Shown here: positions 38,185 through 46,719 of the stretch, in pieces
Layout of the letters: every line of letters starts with the position of its first letter
Position numbering within the stretch: position 1 is the stretch's first letter
DNA from: an uncultured delta proteobacterium
Lineage (GTDB): Bacteria; Desulfobacterota; Binatia; UBA9968
Length of the DNA stretch: 64,000 nt
Assembly: GCA_963745035.1 (NCBI GenBank)
Contig: CAVUVW010000013.1
Coordinates: 768,001-832,000, forward strand
Reading direction: 5' to 3'
Position numbers and translations under genes: made by a program
Notes under the pieces: model-generated
The model's database searches: none
What the model was told of the DNA's origin: nothing
What the model saw: only the letters and a program-made list of their open reading frames with translations

Positions 38185-39249
38185 GTGATATCTGGATGGC
38201 ACAATAAATTTCCATCACGTTCCTTCGCCTTCATTGCGATTTCACTCGGCCTGAATCTGCTGCTCGCGAATTGCCACCCAGCTCTCGCGCAAGACTTCTA
38301 CAAAGACAAAACTCTCCGCTTCATTGTCGGTCAAGCGGCCGGCGGCGGGTATGATACGTACACGCGCACGATCGCCCGTTATATGGGCAAATATATTCCC
38401 GGCGGTCCGGCGACCACAGTAGAAAACATGACCGGCGCCGGAAGTTTGGTGGCGGCCAATTATCTCTACAACAACGCCAAGCCGGACGGTTTGACGATCG
38501 CCAACTGGAACAGCGCGCTGGTGTTCAACCAGGCGATGGGCGATACCAACGTCAAATTCGACGCGCGGAAATTCGGCTGGATCGGCGCGCCAACCAAAAG
38601 CGTGCCGGTCTGCTTGATCATGGGATTCACCGGCCTCAAGACGATGGATGAGATCGTCAAGTCGGGTAAGAGCCTGCGCATGGGCGGCACCGGACCAGGT
38701 TCACACAGCATCGACATGCCCCTGATGCTGAATAAAATGGCCGGCAGCAAATTCACGGTCGTTTCCGGTTACCAGGGCACGGCGCAGATCAGAATCGCTT
38801 TGCAACGGCGCGAAGTCGACGGTCTCTGCACCAATTGGGACTCGGTGCTGGCGACACAGAAAGAATTGCTCGATGCTAAAGGCGACGAGCGCATGATTCC
38901 ATTTATCATCCATTCACGAGTCCCCGAGCCGGAGGGTAAAGACGTCACCCTGGTCAGCGAGGCGATCAAGGACGAAGTCCATATGCGCTCTTATCGGGTC
39001 TACATGGCGCAGATGGAGTATTCGCGCCCCTTGACGACCGCGCCCGGCACGCCGAGAGATAGATTGGAAATTCTTCGGCGGGCGTTCAAAGCGACCCTGG
39101 CGGACGCCGACTTTCTCGCGCAAGCGAACAGACTCAAGCTCGACATCCATGCGGTTTCCGGCGAGGAAAGCGAAAAATGGACCGACGAAGTCTTGTCGAT
39201 TTCGCCCAAAATGAAGGAAGAGCTAAAATACTTGTCACCGGTGAAATGA
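38185..39249 (+). CDS. Bug/TctC-like tripartite tricarboxylate transporter substrate-binding protein
   Basis: GTG 38185 after AGGAGG; signal peptide; AGGGYD..R, ENMTGAGS, KPDG and GY.G motifs. Confidence 0.88.
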   Translation: MISGWHNKFPSRSFAFIAISLGLNLLLANCHPALAQDFYKDKTLRFIVGQAAGGGYDTYTRTIARYMGKYIPGGPATTVENMTGAGSLVAANYLYNNAKPDGLTIANWNSALVFNQAMGDTNVKFDARKFGWIGAPTKSVPVCLIMGFTGLKTMDEIVKSGKSLRMGGTGPGSHSIDMPLMLNKMAGSKFTVVSGYQGTAQIRIALQRREVDGLCTNWDSVLATQKELLDAKGDERMIPFIIHSRVPEPEGKDVTLVSEAIKDEVHMRSYRVYMAQMEYSRPLTTAPGTPRDRLEILRRAFKATLADADFLAQANRLKLDIHAVSGEESEKWTDEVLSISPKMKEELKYLSPVK

Positions 39250-39260
39250 TCTAGAAAAAA

Positions 39261-39477
39261 TGAACTACCCCGCAGCAAGCTGCGGGGTATCAGAAGAACG
39301 TGATGAGAATTATTCCAAAGGCGTCACCCCCGAATGTTTTTATCGGGGGTCCAGTTCCGGATTCGCCTGTGGTGAGCCTGAGTCGAACCACCGCTTAAAG
39401 CATGCGGGAATGACGGTCTTCGGAAAGAAAATTAGTTTGACGCAGCAAGCTGCGGGGAATCGACCCGCAACGATTGA
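39261..39477. repeat. Composite MITE/REP-like element, copy 1
   Basis: TACCCCGCAGCAAGCTGCGGGGTA palindrome, GTCACCCCCG...CGGGAATGAC core with nested CCTGTGGTGAGC..GTCGAACCA, second CGCAGCAAGCTGCGGGG. Confidence 0.75.
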
Positions 39478-39492
39478 ATAGGGAGAACGTCA

Positions 39493-40614
39493 ATGGCCAA
39501 GAACGGTTTCAAAGCGATGGATTCCGACATGCATGTTTTTGAGCCGGCGGATCTGTGGCAGCGCTACATCGACAAGAAATATCTCGAGCGCGCGCCGAAG
39601 GGGCTCAATCGTTCTTTTCGCGATCTGGGCATCGAACTGGAAGGCAAGATCATGCCGATTCCCCGGCAGCCGGAAAATCCCGCGCTGGCGAAATACCGGC
39701 AAGACTTCTTCGAAGAAAAATATGGCGAAGCCGGCAAGAGAAATTTCGACGGCGTCTCGCAAATCCAGGCGATGGACAAAGAAGGCCTCGATGTGGCGGT
39801 CCTCTTTCCGACCCGTGGGCTGACGGTCTTGGGCATGGACGGCCTCGATCCCGACTTCGCCACCGCCATCGCCCGCGCCTACAACGATTGGCTGCATGAT
39901 TTCGCCGCGACGAATCCGCAGCGCATGTACGGCGTCACCATGGTCGCGCCCCACGACATCAGCGGTGCCATCGAAGAGATTCGCCGCACGGCGAGGGAAT
40001 ACGGTTTTCGCGGTATTTTTCTGCGCCCTAATCACGTTAACAACAAAAAATGGAGCGACCCCTACTACGATCCGCTCTGGGCGGAGTGCGAAAAGCAGAA
40101 CCTGCCGGTGGGCTTTCACGAAGCCGGCAGGGTGTATCTGCCCCAGCCGGCCTTTTTCCACATCTGCTCGACGTTCTCGATGTTCAACACCTTCGGTTTT
40201 CCGTTTGCCAATATGCTCGCCTGCGGCGACATGATCTTCGGCGGCGTCATGGAGCGCTTTCCGAAATTGAAAGTGGCCTTCCTCGAAGGCAACTGCTCCT
40301 GGGCGCCGTGGCTTCTCTGGCGCATGGGCGAATACGCCGAAACCACCGGCAAAGCGGAGTATCCCTACTTGACGCTGTCACCGCTCGAGTATTTCCAACG
40401 CCAGTGCTACGGCGCGGTCGAATGCGACGAGATCACGGCGAAGCATATTCCGGAGTACGGTCTAGAGGACAACATGGTGTTCTCCACCGACTATCCGCAC
40501 CTCGACGTAAAATATCCGCACGCCATTGATACGTTTCTCGAGCTGCCCTTCCCCGAGCAGATCAAACGCAAGTACCTTTGGGACAACTGCGCTAGGCTTT
40601 ACAACTTCGAATAG
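39493..40614 (+). CDS. Amidohydrolase_2 family protein
   Basis: DSDMH, FPT, AYNDW, GFH, FLEG and FSTDYPH motifs. Confidence 0.92.
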   Translation: MAKNGFKAMDSDMHVFEPADLWQRYIDKKYLERAPKGLNRSFRDLGIELEGKIMPIPRQPENPALAKYRQDFFEEKYGEAGKRNFDGVSQIQAMDKEGLDVAVLFPTRGLTVLGMDGLDPDFATAIARAYNDWLHDFAATNPQRMYGVTMVAPHDISGAIEEIRRTAREYGFRGIFLRPNHVNNKKWSDPYYDPLWAECEKQNLPVGFHEAGRVYLPQPAFFHICSTFSMFNTFGFPFANMLACGDMIFGGVMERFPKLKVAFLEGNCSWAPWLLWRMGEYAETTGKAEYPYLTLSPLEYFQRQCYGAVECDEITAKHIPEYGLEDNMVFSTDYPHLDVKYPHAIDTFLELPFPEQIKRKYLWDNCARLYNFE

Positions 40615-40621
40615 AAAGGAA

Positions 40622-41111
40622 ATTAACCGCAAAGAACGCAAAGGTCGCAAAATAGGATTATGACGGAGCGCGAGATCAATACCCTCTGCGACCGAGTGAG
40701 GCAAACTGCTTACGAGATACACCTGTACCTCGGCAACGGACATTTAGAAAAAGTTCACGAGAACGCCCTCGCGCATCGTTTACGCAAGGCCGGTATGAGG
40801 GTGCTGCAACAATGTCCCTTAAATGTCTATGACGAAGACGGAACGCCTTGGGTGAATACTTCGCGGATCTATTAGTCGAGGGGATCTTGGTTATCGAAAC
40901 GAAAGCAGCCAAATCACTAGCTATTGAACACGAGTCTCAGATTCTTGGTTATCTTAAATCCGCAAAAATTGAGCACGGCTTGTTGATGAACTTCGGCGGG
41001 CCGAAGTTTCAGATTCGGAAGTTTGTCTGGTCACGGGTGCGAAACATCGACAGACCAATATGACCAACGTGCGCCCTCTAGTTTGCGTACTTTGCGTTCT
41101 TTGCGGTTAAT
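40622..41111. mobile_element. Putative GxxExxY element with 30-bp terminal inverted repeats
   Basis: 40622-40651 ATTAACCGCAAAGAACGCAAAGGTCGCAAA versus the reverse complement of 41082-41111 (28/30 identical), enclosing only the GxxExxY gene. Confidence 0.65.
40660..41063 (+). pseudogene. GxxExxY PD-(D/E)XK-family protein (frameshift near 40848)
   Basis: LGNGHLEKVHENAL...Q (frame 1), GEYFADLLVE...IETK...HESQILGYLK....GLLMNFG (frame 2). Confidence 0.85.
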
Positions 41112-41175
41112 GTCTCAGACCTCGATCTCTATCAATACCGGAGCGTGATCGGAAGGCCGCTCATGGGCGCCGCTC

Positions 41176-42432
41176 TTACGTCAGGTGCCTACCCGGCGCG
41201 GCGTTCCAGGGTTTGACCAGCAACGCGGTGAGCAGCGCGCCGAGCAGGAGCAGGCCGCTGATTCCCCACAGGGTCGCGATGTAGCTTTGGCTCTGGTCGT
41301 ACAGAGCGCCGGCGATGACCGGTCCAATGACGCCGCCCCACGTGTAGAAAAAGGCCATGGTGCCGCGGATGGTGGCGAAGTATTTGCGTCCGAAGAAGTC
41401 GCCTATGGTCGCCCAAACGATGGGAAACGACGCGTCTATCGCGGTGAAAAGAATGGTAAACGACCAGAGCGCCCAAAGCGCATCGCTGCGAATGAGCAGA
41501 ACCACGGAAAACATGGCGGCGAGCATGCACGCCGCCAAGAGCTTGGGCCGGTTGACAGCGTCGGCGATCGGGCCGACGACGTAGTGCGCGGCCCAATTGA
41601 GAAAAGCAAAAGCGCCGAGCAAAAAGGCGGCGTGCTCCTGGCTCAAGCCCTTCCATACCATGATCGGTATGAAGTGCACGCTGATCGTGCTGTAGGCGGC
41701 GACGCGCACCGTCATGCCGATGACGAAGAGCCAGAAGACCATCGTTTTCATGGCTTCGCGCAACGTTGGATCGGTATCGGCCGATTTTTTGGGTGATCCG
41801 TTTTTTCCGCTGTCGCCATGCGCCGATGATTGTCGCGGCGCGTCACCGTCCGGCAACAGGCCCATGCTTTCCGGCGACGACCGCACGCCCAGCGCCAGTG
41901 GTATCCCCAGACAGAGGAAAAGCGTACCGGCAAGAATCGCGCCCCAACGCCATCCCCAGCTTTGCACCGCAATGGCGAGAAGCGGTGTAAGCAGCGCGCC
42001 GCCGATCGGCACGGCTGAGCTGATCACCGTCATGGCGCGAGCGCGGTAGCGGATGAACCATGTGTTTCCCACGGCCATCGAGGCGTGAACAAAGCCGGGC
42101 GTAAACGAAAGAGAGATGACGCCCAAATACACGATCAAAAAAGTCGTGTAGCTGTCGACCCAGGCGAGCAGGATATAGCCGGCGCCACACATGACCGTGG
42201 CGAGGAGCAGCATGGGCCGCGGACCGAAGCGGTCGATGAGATAGCCGACGAAGGGACCTTCGAGAGCGCCTTCGGCACGCGCCAGAGAGAAAGCCAGGGA
42301 CGTAGCCGCGCGGCTGAGACCTAGATCGTGGCTGAGCGGCAGAAAAAAAACCGTGAAGCCGTAGTTGTGCAGCCCGCCGCCGAGAACGCGCAGGGCGGTC
42401 ACCAGGCCGACCATGCGCCAGCCGTAAAACAT
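41176..42432 (-). CDS. MFS transporter
   Basis: About 12 TM segments, GYLIDRFGPR motif A, FGRKYFATIRG. Confidence 0.93.
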   Translation of the reverse strand: MFYGWRMVGLVTALRVLGGGLHNYGFTVFFLPLSHDLGLSRAATSLAFSLARAEGALEGPFVGYLIDRFGPRPMLLLATVMCGAGYILLAWVDSYTTFLIVYLGVISLSFTPGFVHASMAVGNTWFIRYRARAMTVISSAVPIGGALLTPLLAIAVQSWGWRWGAILAGTLFLCLGIPLALGVRSSPESMGLLPDGDAPRQSSAHGDSGKNGSPKKSADTDPTLREAMKTMVFWLFVIGMTVRVAAYSTISVHFIPIMVWKGLSQEHAAFLLGAFAFLNWAAHYVVGPIADAVNRPKLLAACMLAAMFSVVLLIRSDALWALWSFTILFTAIDASFPIVWATIGDFFGRKYFATIRGTMAFFYTWGGVIGPVIAGALYDQSQSYIATLWGISGLLLLGALLTALLVKPWNAAPGRHLT

Positions 42433-42576
42433 TCGGGAGAATACTCGACGTGGAAATTCCAGTGATGCGCCTCGAAGCTGCTTTCTTCTCCCTCGGTTTT
42501 CCCAGAACGAGGCGGTGAAAACAACAAGTGAAGGTAAGATTGCGGTTTGGTCTCTAAGGAATCGCTGCCGGAAGCT

Positions 42577-42716
42577 GTCACCCCGGATCCTTTTATCGTG
42601 GGCTGAGTTCCGGACTCGCCTGTGGTGAGCCTGGTCGAACCACCGCTAAAGCATGCGGCAATGACGGAAAGAGAATTCATTATCGCGCAGCAAGCGGCGC
42701 GGAATCCGCAGCGATT
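42577..42716. repeat. Composite MITE/REP-like element, copy 2
   Basis: Collinear with 39323-39475 (GTCACCCC..TTTTATCG..AGTTCCGGA.TCGCCTGTGGTGAGCCTG..TCGAACCACCGCT.AAGCATGCGG.AATGACGG..CGCAGCAAGC). Confidence 0.75.
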
Positions 42717-42725
42717 AAAGTAGCT

Positions 42726-44147
42726 TCATTCCTTGAATGCGCCGCCCTTCAGCGCGTATTTGCGCACCAGGCGCTGCAGGGTGCGCCGGTCCTTGCCGGC
42801 GGCTTTGGCGGCTTGCGTGATGTTGCCTTGATGCCGGGCCAGCAGGTTGGCGACGTAATTGCGCTCAAACTCGCCGATCACGAAGGATTTGGCCCGGCGC
42901 AGGGTTTCATGGCGCAGCAGATCCTTCGATCTGCCGTCGGGCAGCTCAATATCGGCGGCGTGGACCACCCCGGTGCCGTTGAGCAGGATGGCTCGTTGAA
43001 TCACGCCTTCAAGCTCGCGCACGTTGCCGGGCCAGGAATAATTGATAAGCTTCCCGCGCGCCGCTTCGGACAGGCGCGGCCGTTCGCAGTTATGCCGGCT
43101 CGCGTGCAAATCCAAGAAGTGTTCCGCCAGGCTCACCACGTCGGCGCCGCGCTCGCGCAGCGCCGGCAAAGCCACGGAGAGCACGTTCAATCGATAAAAC
43201 AGGTCCTCGCGAAATTGTTTGACCTCCACCTTGGCGCGAAGGTCGGTATTGCTCGCCGCGATCACCCGCACATTGGCGAGCATCGCCCGGGCCGAGCCGA
43301 GCGGGCGGTATTCTCCGTTCTGCAGGAAACGCAGCAATTTGACCTGGGCGGGCTGGCTCAAGGCGTCGATCTCGTCGAGAAACAGTGTCCCCTCTTCGGC
43401 CTCGGCGATGAGCCCCTTTTCCGCCGAGGACGCGTCCGTAAACGCTCCCTTGACGTGGCCGAACAGCTCGTTTTCAAAGAGGTGGTCGGGCAGAGCGCCG
43501 CAATTGACGGGGATGAACGGCTTGGCGCGCCGGACGCCCTGGTAGTGGATCGCCCGCGCGATCAGCTCCTTGCCGCTGCCGGTTTCACCGGAGATCAACA
43601 CCGGAGCGTCCGCCCGCGCAACGCTGGCGGCCTTGCGCGCTACTTCGAGAAATGCCGGGCTCCGCCCGACCATCGGCAGCGCCGTTAAAAATTCTTCCGT
43701 TTGCCGGTTTTCATCCACATTTCTCAACCGCGCCCGATCGTGAAGTCGCCGGCTGCGCAGCGCAAGCTCCGGCTCGCTCGCCGGGCAATACAGAAAATCA
43801 TCCGCCGATTCTACGAGCGCTCGCAAGCCGGGAGAAGCGTGGGTGGGCGCGAGGCACAGCACCAGCAAGATTGGCGTGTCATTCCAGCGCGCCTTGCAGC
43901 GGGCAATGATTTGCTCACCGTCTGCCTCGCCGGATGCTCGGATCAAAATGATATCGGGCGCGAGACCGACGGCGGCACCAGCGCGGCCGGCCGGTTCCGA
44001 AAGACACCGGAATAGACCGTCCCGCGCCAGCAATGCCGCGGGCGAGAGACAATGCCGCTCACCGCACGGCGCCGCGCTTCGATCTAAGATCAACGCGGTG
44101 GCCATCACCATCCAAGCTCCGCGCGCGACGACGTTCGCGCGCGCCAT
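42726..44147 (-). CDS. sigma54-dependent activator (degenerate receiver-like domain, AAA+, Fis HTH)
   Basis: GETGSGKE, ELFGHVKGAFTDA, LFLDEI, FREDLFYRL, WPGNVREL. Confidence 0.9.
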   Translation of the reverse strand: MARANVVARGAWMVMATALILDRSAAPCGERHCLSPAALLARDGLFRCLSEPAGRAGAAVGLAPDIILIRASGEADGEQIIARCKARWNDTPILLVLCLAPTHASPGLRALVESADDFLYCPASEPELALRSRRLHDRARLRNVDENRQTEEFLTALPMVGRSPAFLEVARKAASVARADAPVLISGETGSGKELIARAIHYQGVRRAKPFIPVNCGALPDHLFENELFGHVKGAFTDASSAEKGLIAEAEEGTLFLDEIDALSQPAQVKLLRFLQNGEYRPLGSARAMLANVRVIAASNTDLRAKVEVKQFREDLFYRLNVLSVALPALRERGADVVSLAEHFLDLHASRHNCERPRLSEAARGKLINYSWPGNVRELEGVIQRAILLNGTGVVHAADIELPDGRSKDLLRHETLRRAKSFVIGEFERNYVANLLARHQGNITQAAKAAGKDRRTLQRLVRKYALKGGAFKE

Positions 44148-44289
44148 AAAACCACAACAAGCGTTTTAAATTTTCCGATGATCATCGTAAAACGTCACGG
44201 CTGCATTTGGAATGGTTGGCGCGCCTCGACGAGTATTTTTTCTTTCCGGCTTCCCGGTTTGTCCGGTCCGATCGTCGAGCGGATTAAAA

Positions 44290-44305
44290 AGCAACCGATA
44301 TGCCA
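44290..44305 (-). promoter_or_regulatory. sigma54 (-24/-12) promoter
   Basis: Minus strand reads TGGCATATCGGTTGCT (GG-N10-GC), pointing toward the 42726..44147 gene. Confidence 0.6.
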
Positions 44306-44805
44306 GCTCGCGCGCGTGGTCGTCGTGAAATTTCGTTGCGATAAGTCCGCCAAACTGCTGCCAGTTATTGCGGCTCACACCGGCTCGTCGGAAAGCGCCC
44401 GTGAAGAAGATAACGGAACTGAAAAGAGCCAACTGCAACGAATACAAAATTGTCGGCGCGCGGTACGCGCCCGTTTCCGTCCGCGCCGAGTCAACGGCCG
44501 TCAAGACGCCCGCGGCGCGACCTTAAAATTTTATAACGGCGATAAATTTTTGCGGGAGCGGCAATTATTTTCGCGCCGTGAGACTATTTCCGCGAGCCAG
44601 AGGAACGCGCAAAAGATCTTTCGTGCCCGGATCAATCCCGGCCGTGCTTTGATCTCATTCGGGGCAGAGTCTGGAGGCCGCGACCGAGCGGCCGTTGTCC
44701 GTGTAACCCACCCGTTGGAAATCTTGCTGCGTTTCGCCGTCAACGCGGTTAACACCGCGCAACTTTCGTTGACAGATTTTCGCTGATTGTGTTAGGCAAT
44801 AACGC

Positions 44806-46368
44806 GTGACTTTGGATTCTGATCAAGCCGCCGCATCGGACAACGGCGCCGCCAACCAGCATGTCGAACGACTCCGAGCCGTTTTGAACATTTGCCGGCG
44901 TATGAGCTCGATGGCGGACCTGGCTTCGATCCACGCGCTGATCACCCGTGAAGCTAAAGAATTGCTGCGGGCAGACCGGGTAAGCATCTTTCTTTTCGAC
45001 CGCGAGAACTGCGAGCTTTGGTCGGCGATCTCCCAGGAAGGTCGGACCATGCGCTTCGACGCGCGTCTGGGAATCGCCGGGGCGGTGGCGATGAGCGGCC
45101 AGACCATCAACGTCGCCGACGCTTACGAGCACCCGCTGTTCTATAAAGAGGTCGATGCCGAAACCGCCCACCGCACCGAGACCCTGCTCGCCGTGCCGCT
45201 CCACAATCTCGAAGGCGCCGTGATCGGCGTCGGCGAAGCCACCAATAAACTCGACGGCGGTTTTACCGACCATGACGCTGAAATCCTCGCAACCCTGGCC
45301 GCTCACCTTGCGGATCTCTTGGAAAATTCGCCGCTCGGCACGGAAATCAAGAACCGGGCGCTCGATCGGGCGCGGCCTGATGATGGCGCAGCCGACGCAA
45401 GCCAGGGCTTCTCCACGCAAAACATCGTCGGCATGAGCGATCGCACGCGCTCCATCATTCGGCTCATCGATCAAATCCGGCCCACCTCGGTCGACGTGCT
45501 TATTCAAGGAGAAAGCGGCACGGGCAAGGAATTGATCGCCAAAGCGCTCCATTTCAACAGCCCCCGAGCGCGGCAGCCGTTTATCGCGGTCAATTGCGCG
45601 GCGCTGCCGGACAATCTGCTCGAGAGCGAGCTGTTCGGCATTGAAAAGGGCGTCGCCACCGGCGTGGACCGGCGCATCGGCAAATTCGAAGCCGCCCAGG
45701 GCGGCACCTTGTTTCTCGACGAGATCGGCGATCTCAGCCTTGCCGCCCAGGCAAAAATTCTCCGTGTAGTTCAGGAGCGCGCGGTCGATCGCGTCGGCGC
45801 GCGAACCTCGGTGCCGATCGACGTGCGCATCATCGCCGCGACCAATCGCAACCTCGAGACCTGCATCGAGGAGAAACAGTTCCGCAGTGACTTATACTTC
45901 CGGTTGAGCGTGGTTCGCGTACAGACTCCGTCCCTGCGCGACAATCCCGCGGATATTCCCGCCCTCGCCCACCATTTTTTACAGAAGCACTGCGCGGCAA
46001 TGGGACTGGAAGCCAAACACCTTACCCCGGGCGCCGTCGAGCGGATGTCAGCCTATGACTGGCCCGGCAACGCGCGGCAGTTGGAAAACGAAATCAAACG
46101 GCTGGTGGCATCGGTGCGCGGCAAGACGATTGCCGAAGACCATCTGGGGATTCCGCGGCATCGGCCCACCCCGGCGCCGCAGCCGCCGGAAGAACAACCG
46201 CGGCCCGCAAAGTCGCTCGCCGAAGCCGTCGAAGCGCTTGAACGGCGGATGATTCAAGATGCGCTCACCGCCTCCGCCGGCAACCGTCTTAAGGCCGCGC
46301 GAGCGCTCGGGCTCAGCCGTCAAGGACTGTTCAAAAAGCTAAAAAAATTAAGCCTGCCAGGGCTCTGA
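44806..46368 (+). CDS. GAF-domain sigma54-dependent activator
   Basis: GAF domain (ADRVSIFL, GIAG.V..G..IN..DAY), GESGTGKE, ELFGIEKGVATGV, WPGNARQL, Fis HTH. Confidence 0.92.
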   Translation: MTLDSDQAAASDNGAANQHVERLRAVLNICRRMSSMADLASIHALITREAKELLRADRVSIFLFDRENCELWSAISQEGRTMRFDARLGIAGAVAMSGQTINVADAYEHPLFYKEVDAETAHRTETLLAVPLHNLEGAVIGVGEATNKLDGGFTDHDAEILATLAAHLADLLENSPLGTEIKNRALDRARPDDGAADASQGFSTQNIVGMSDRTRSIIRLIDQIRPTSVDVLIQGESGTGKELIAKALHFNSPRARQPFIAVNCAALPDNLLESELFGIEKGVATGVDRRIGKFEAAQGGTLFLDEIGDLSLAAQAKILRVVQERAVDRVGARTSVPIDVRIIAATNRNLETCIEEKQFRSDLYFRLSVVRVQTPSLRDNPADIPALAHHFLQKHCAAMGLEAKHLTPGAVERMSAYDWPGNARQLENEIKRLVASVRGKTIAEDHLGIPRHRPTPAPQPPEEQPRPAKSLAEAVEALERRMIQDALTASAGNRLKAARALGLSRQGLFKKLKKLSLPGL

Positions 46369-46437
46369 TCTCAAGAGCCTCGTCAAAGCAACGACGCGCT
46401 GGTTTTTAATCTAGGGATAGCATGCCGGCTCACGCCG

Positions 46438-46668
46438 TCACTTCATTTTATTGAAGATGTCTTTTACCGCCCGCTGCAGCAGCGGATTGCGAATGATCAC
46501 TTTGGAGACCGCGGTGCGCACCTTGGCCTCGTTGCCCTTGGCCTTGGAAACCTTCTTTTGCGCATTCAAAGCCGCCTGCAAGTCCTTGTTCTCCTTGATC
46601 AGCGCGCGAATCGCCTTGCGGATTTTCGCCGCCTTCGCTTCGGATAGTTTTGGTCCGCTCTTTCCCAT
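46438..46668 (-). CDS. Small highly basic protein with an internal 20-aa repeat
   Basis: 76 aa, GGAGG RBS, 16 Lys and 5 Arg. Confidence 0.7.
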   Translation of the reverse strand: MGKSGPKLSEAKAAKIRKAIRALIKENKDLQAALNAQKKVSKAKGNEAKVRTAVSKVIIRNPLLQRAVKDIFNKMK

Positions 46669-46719
46669 ACGTCCTTCCTCCCTTTTTGGTTGAGTTTTCT
46701 GAAGTGGGCCGATTTTTCC

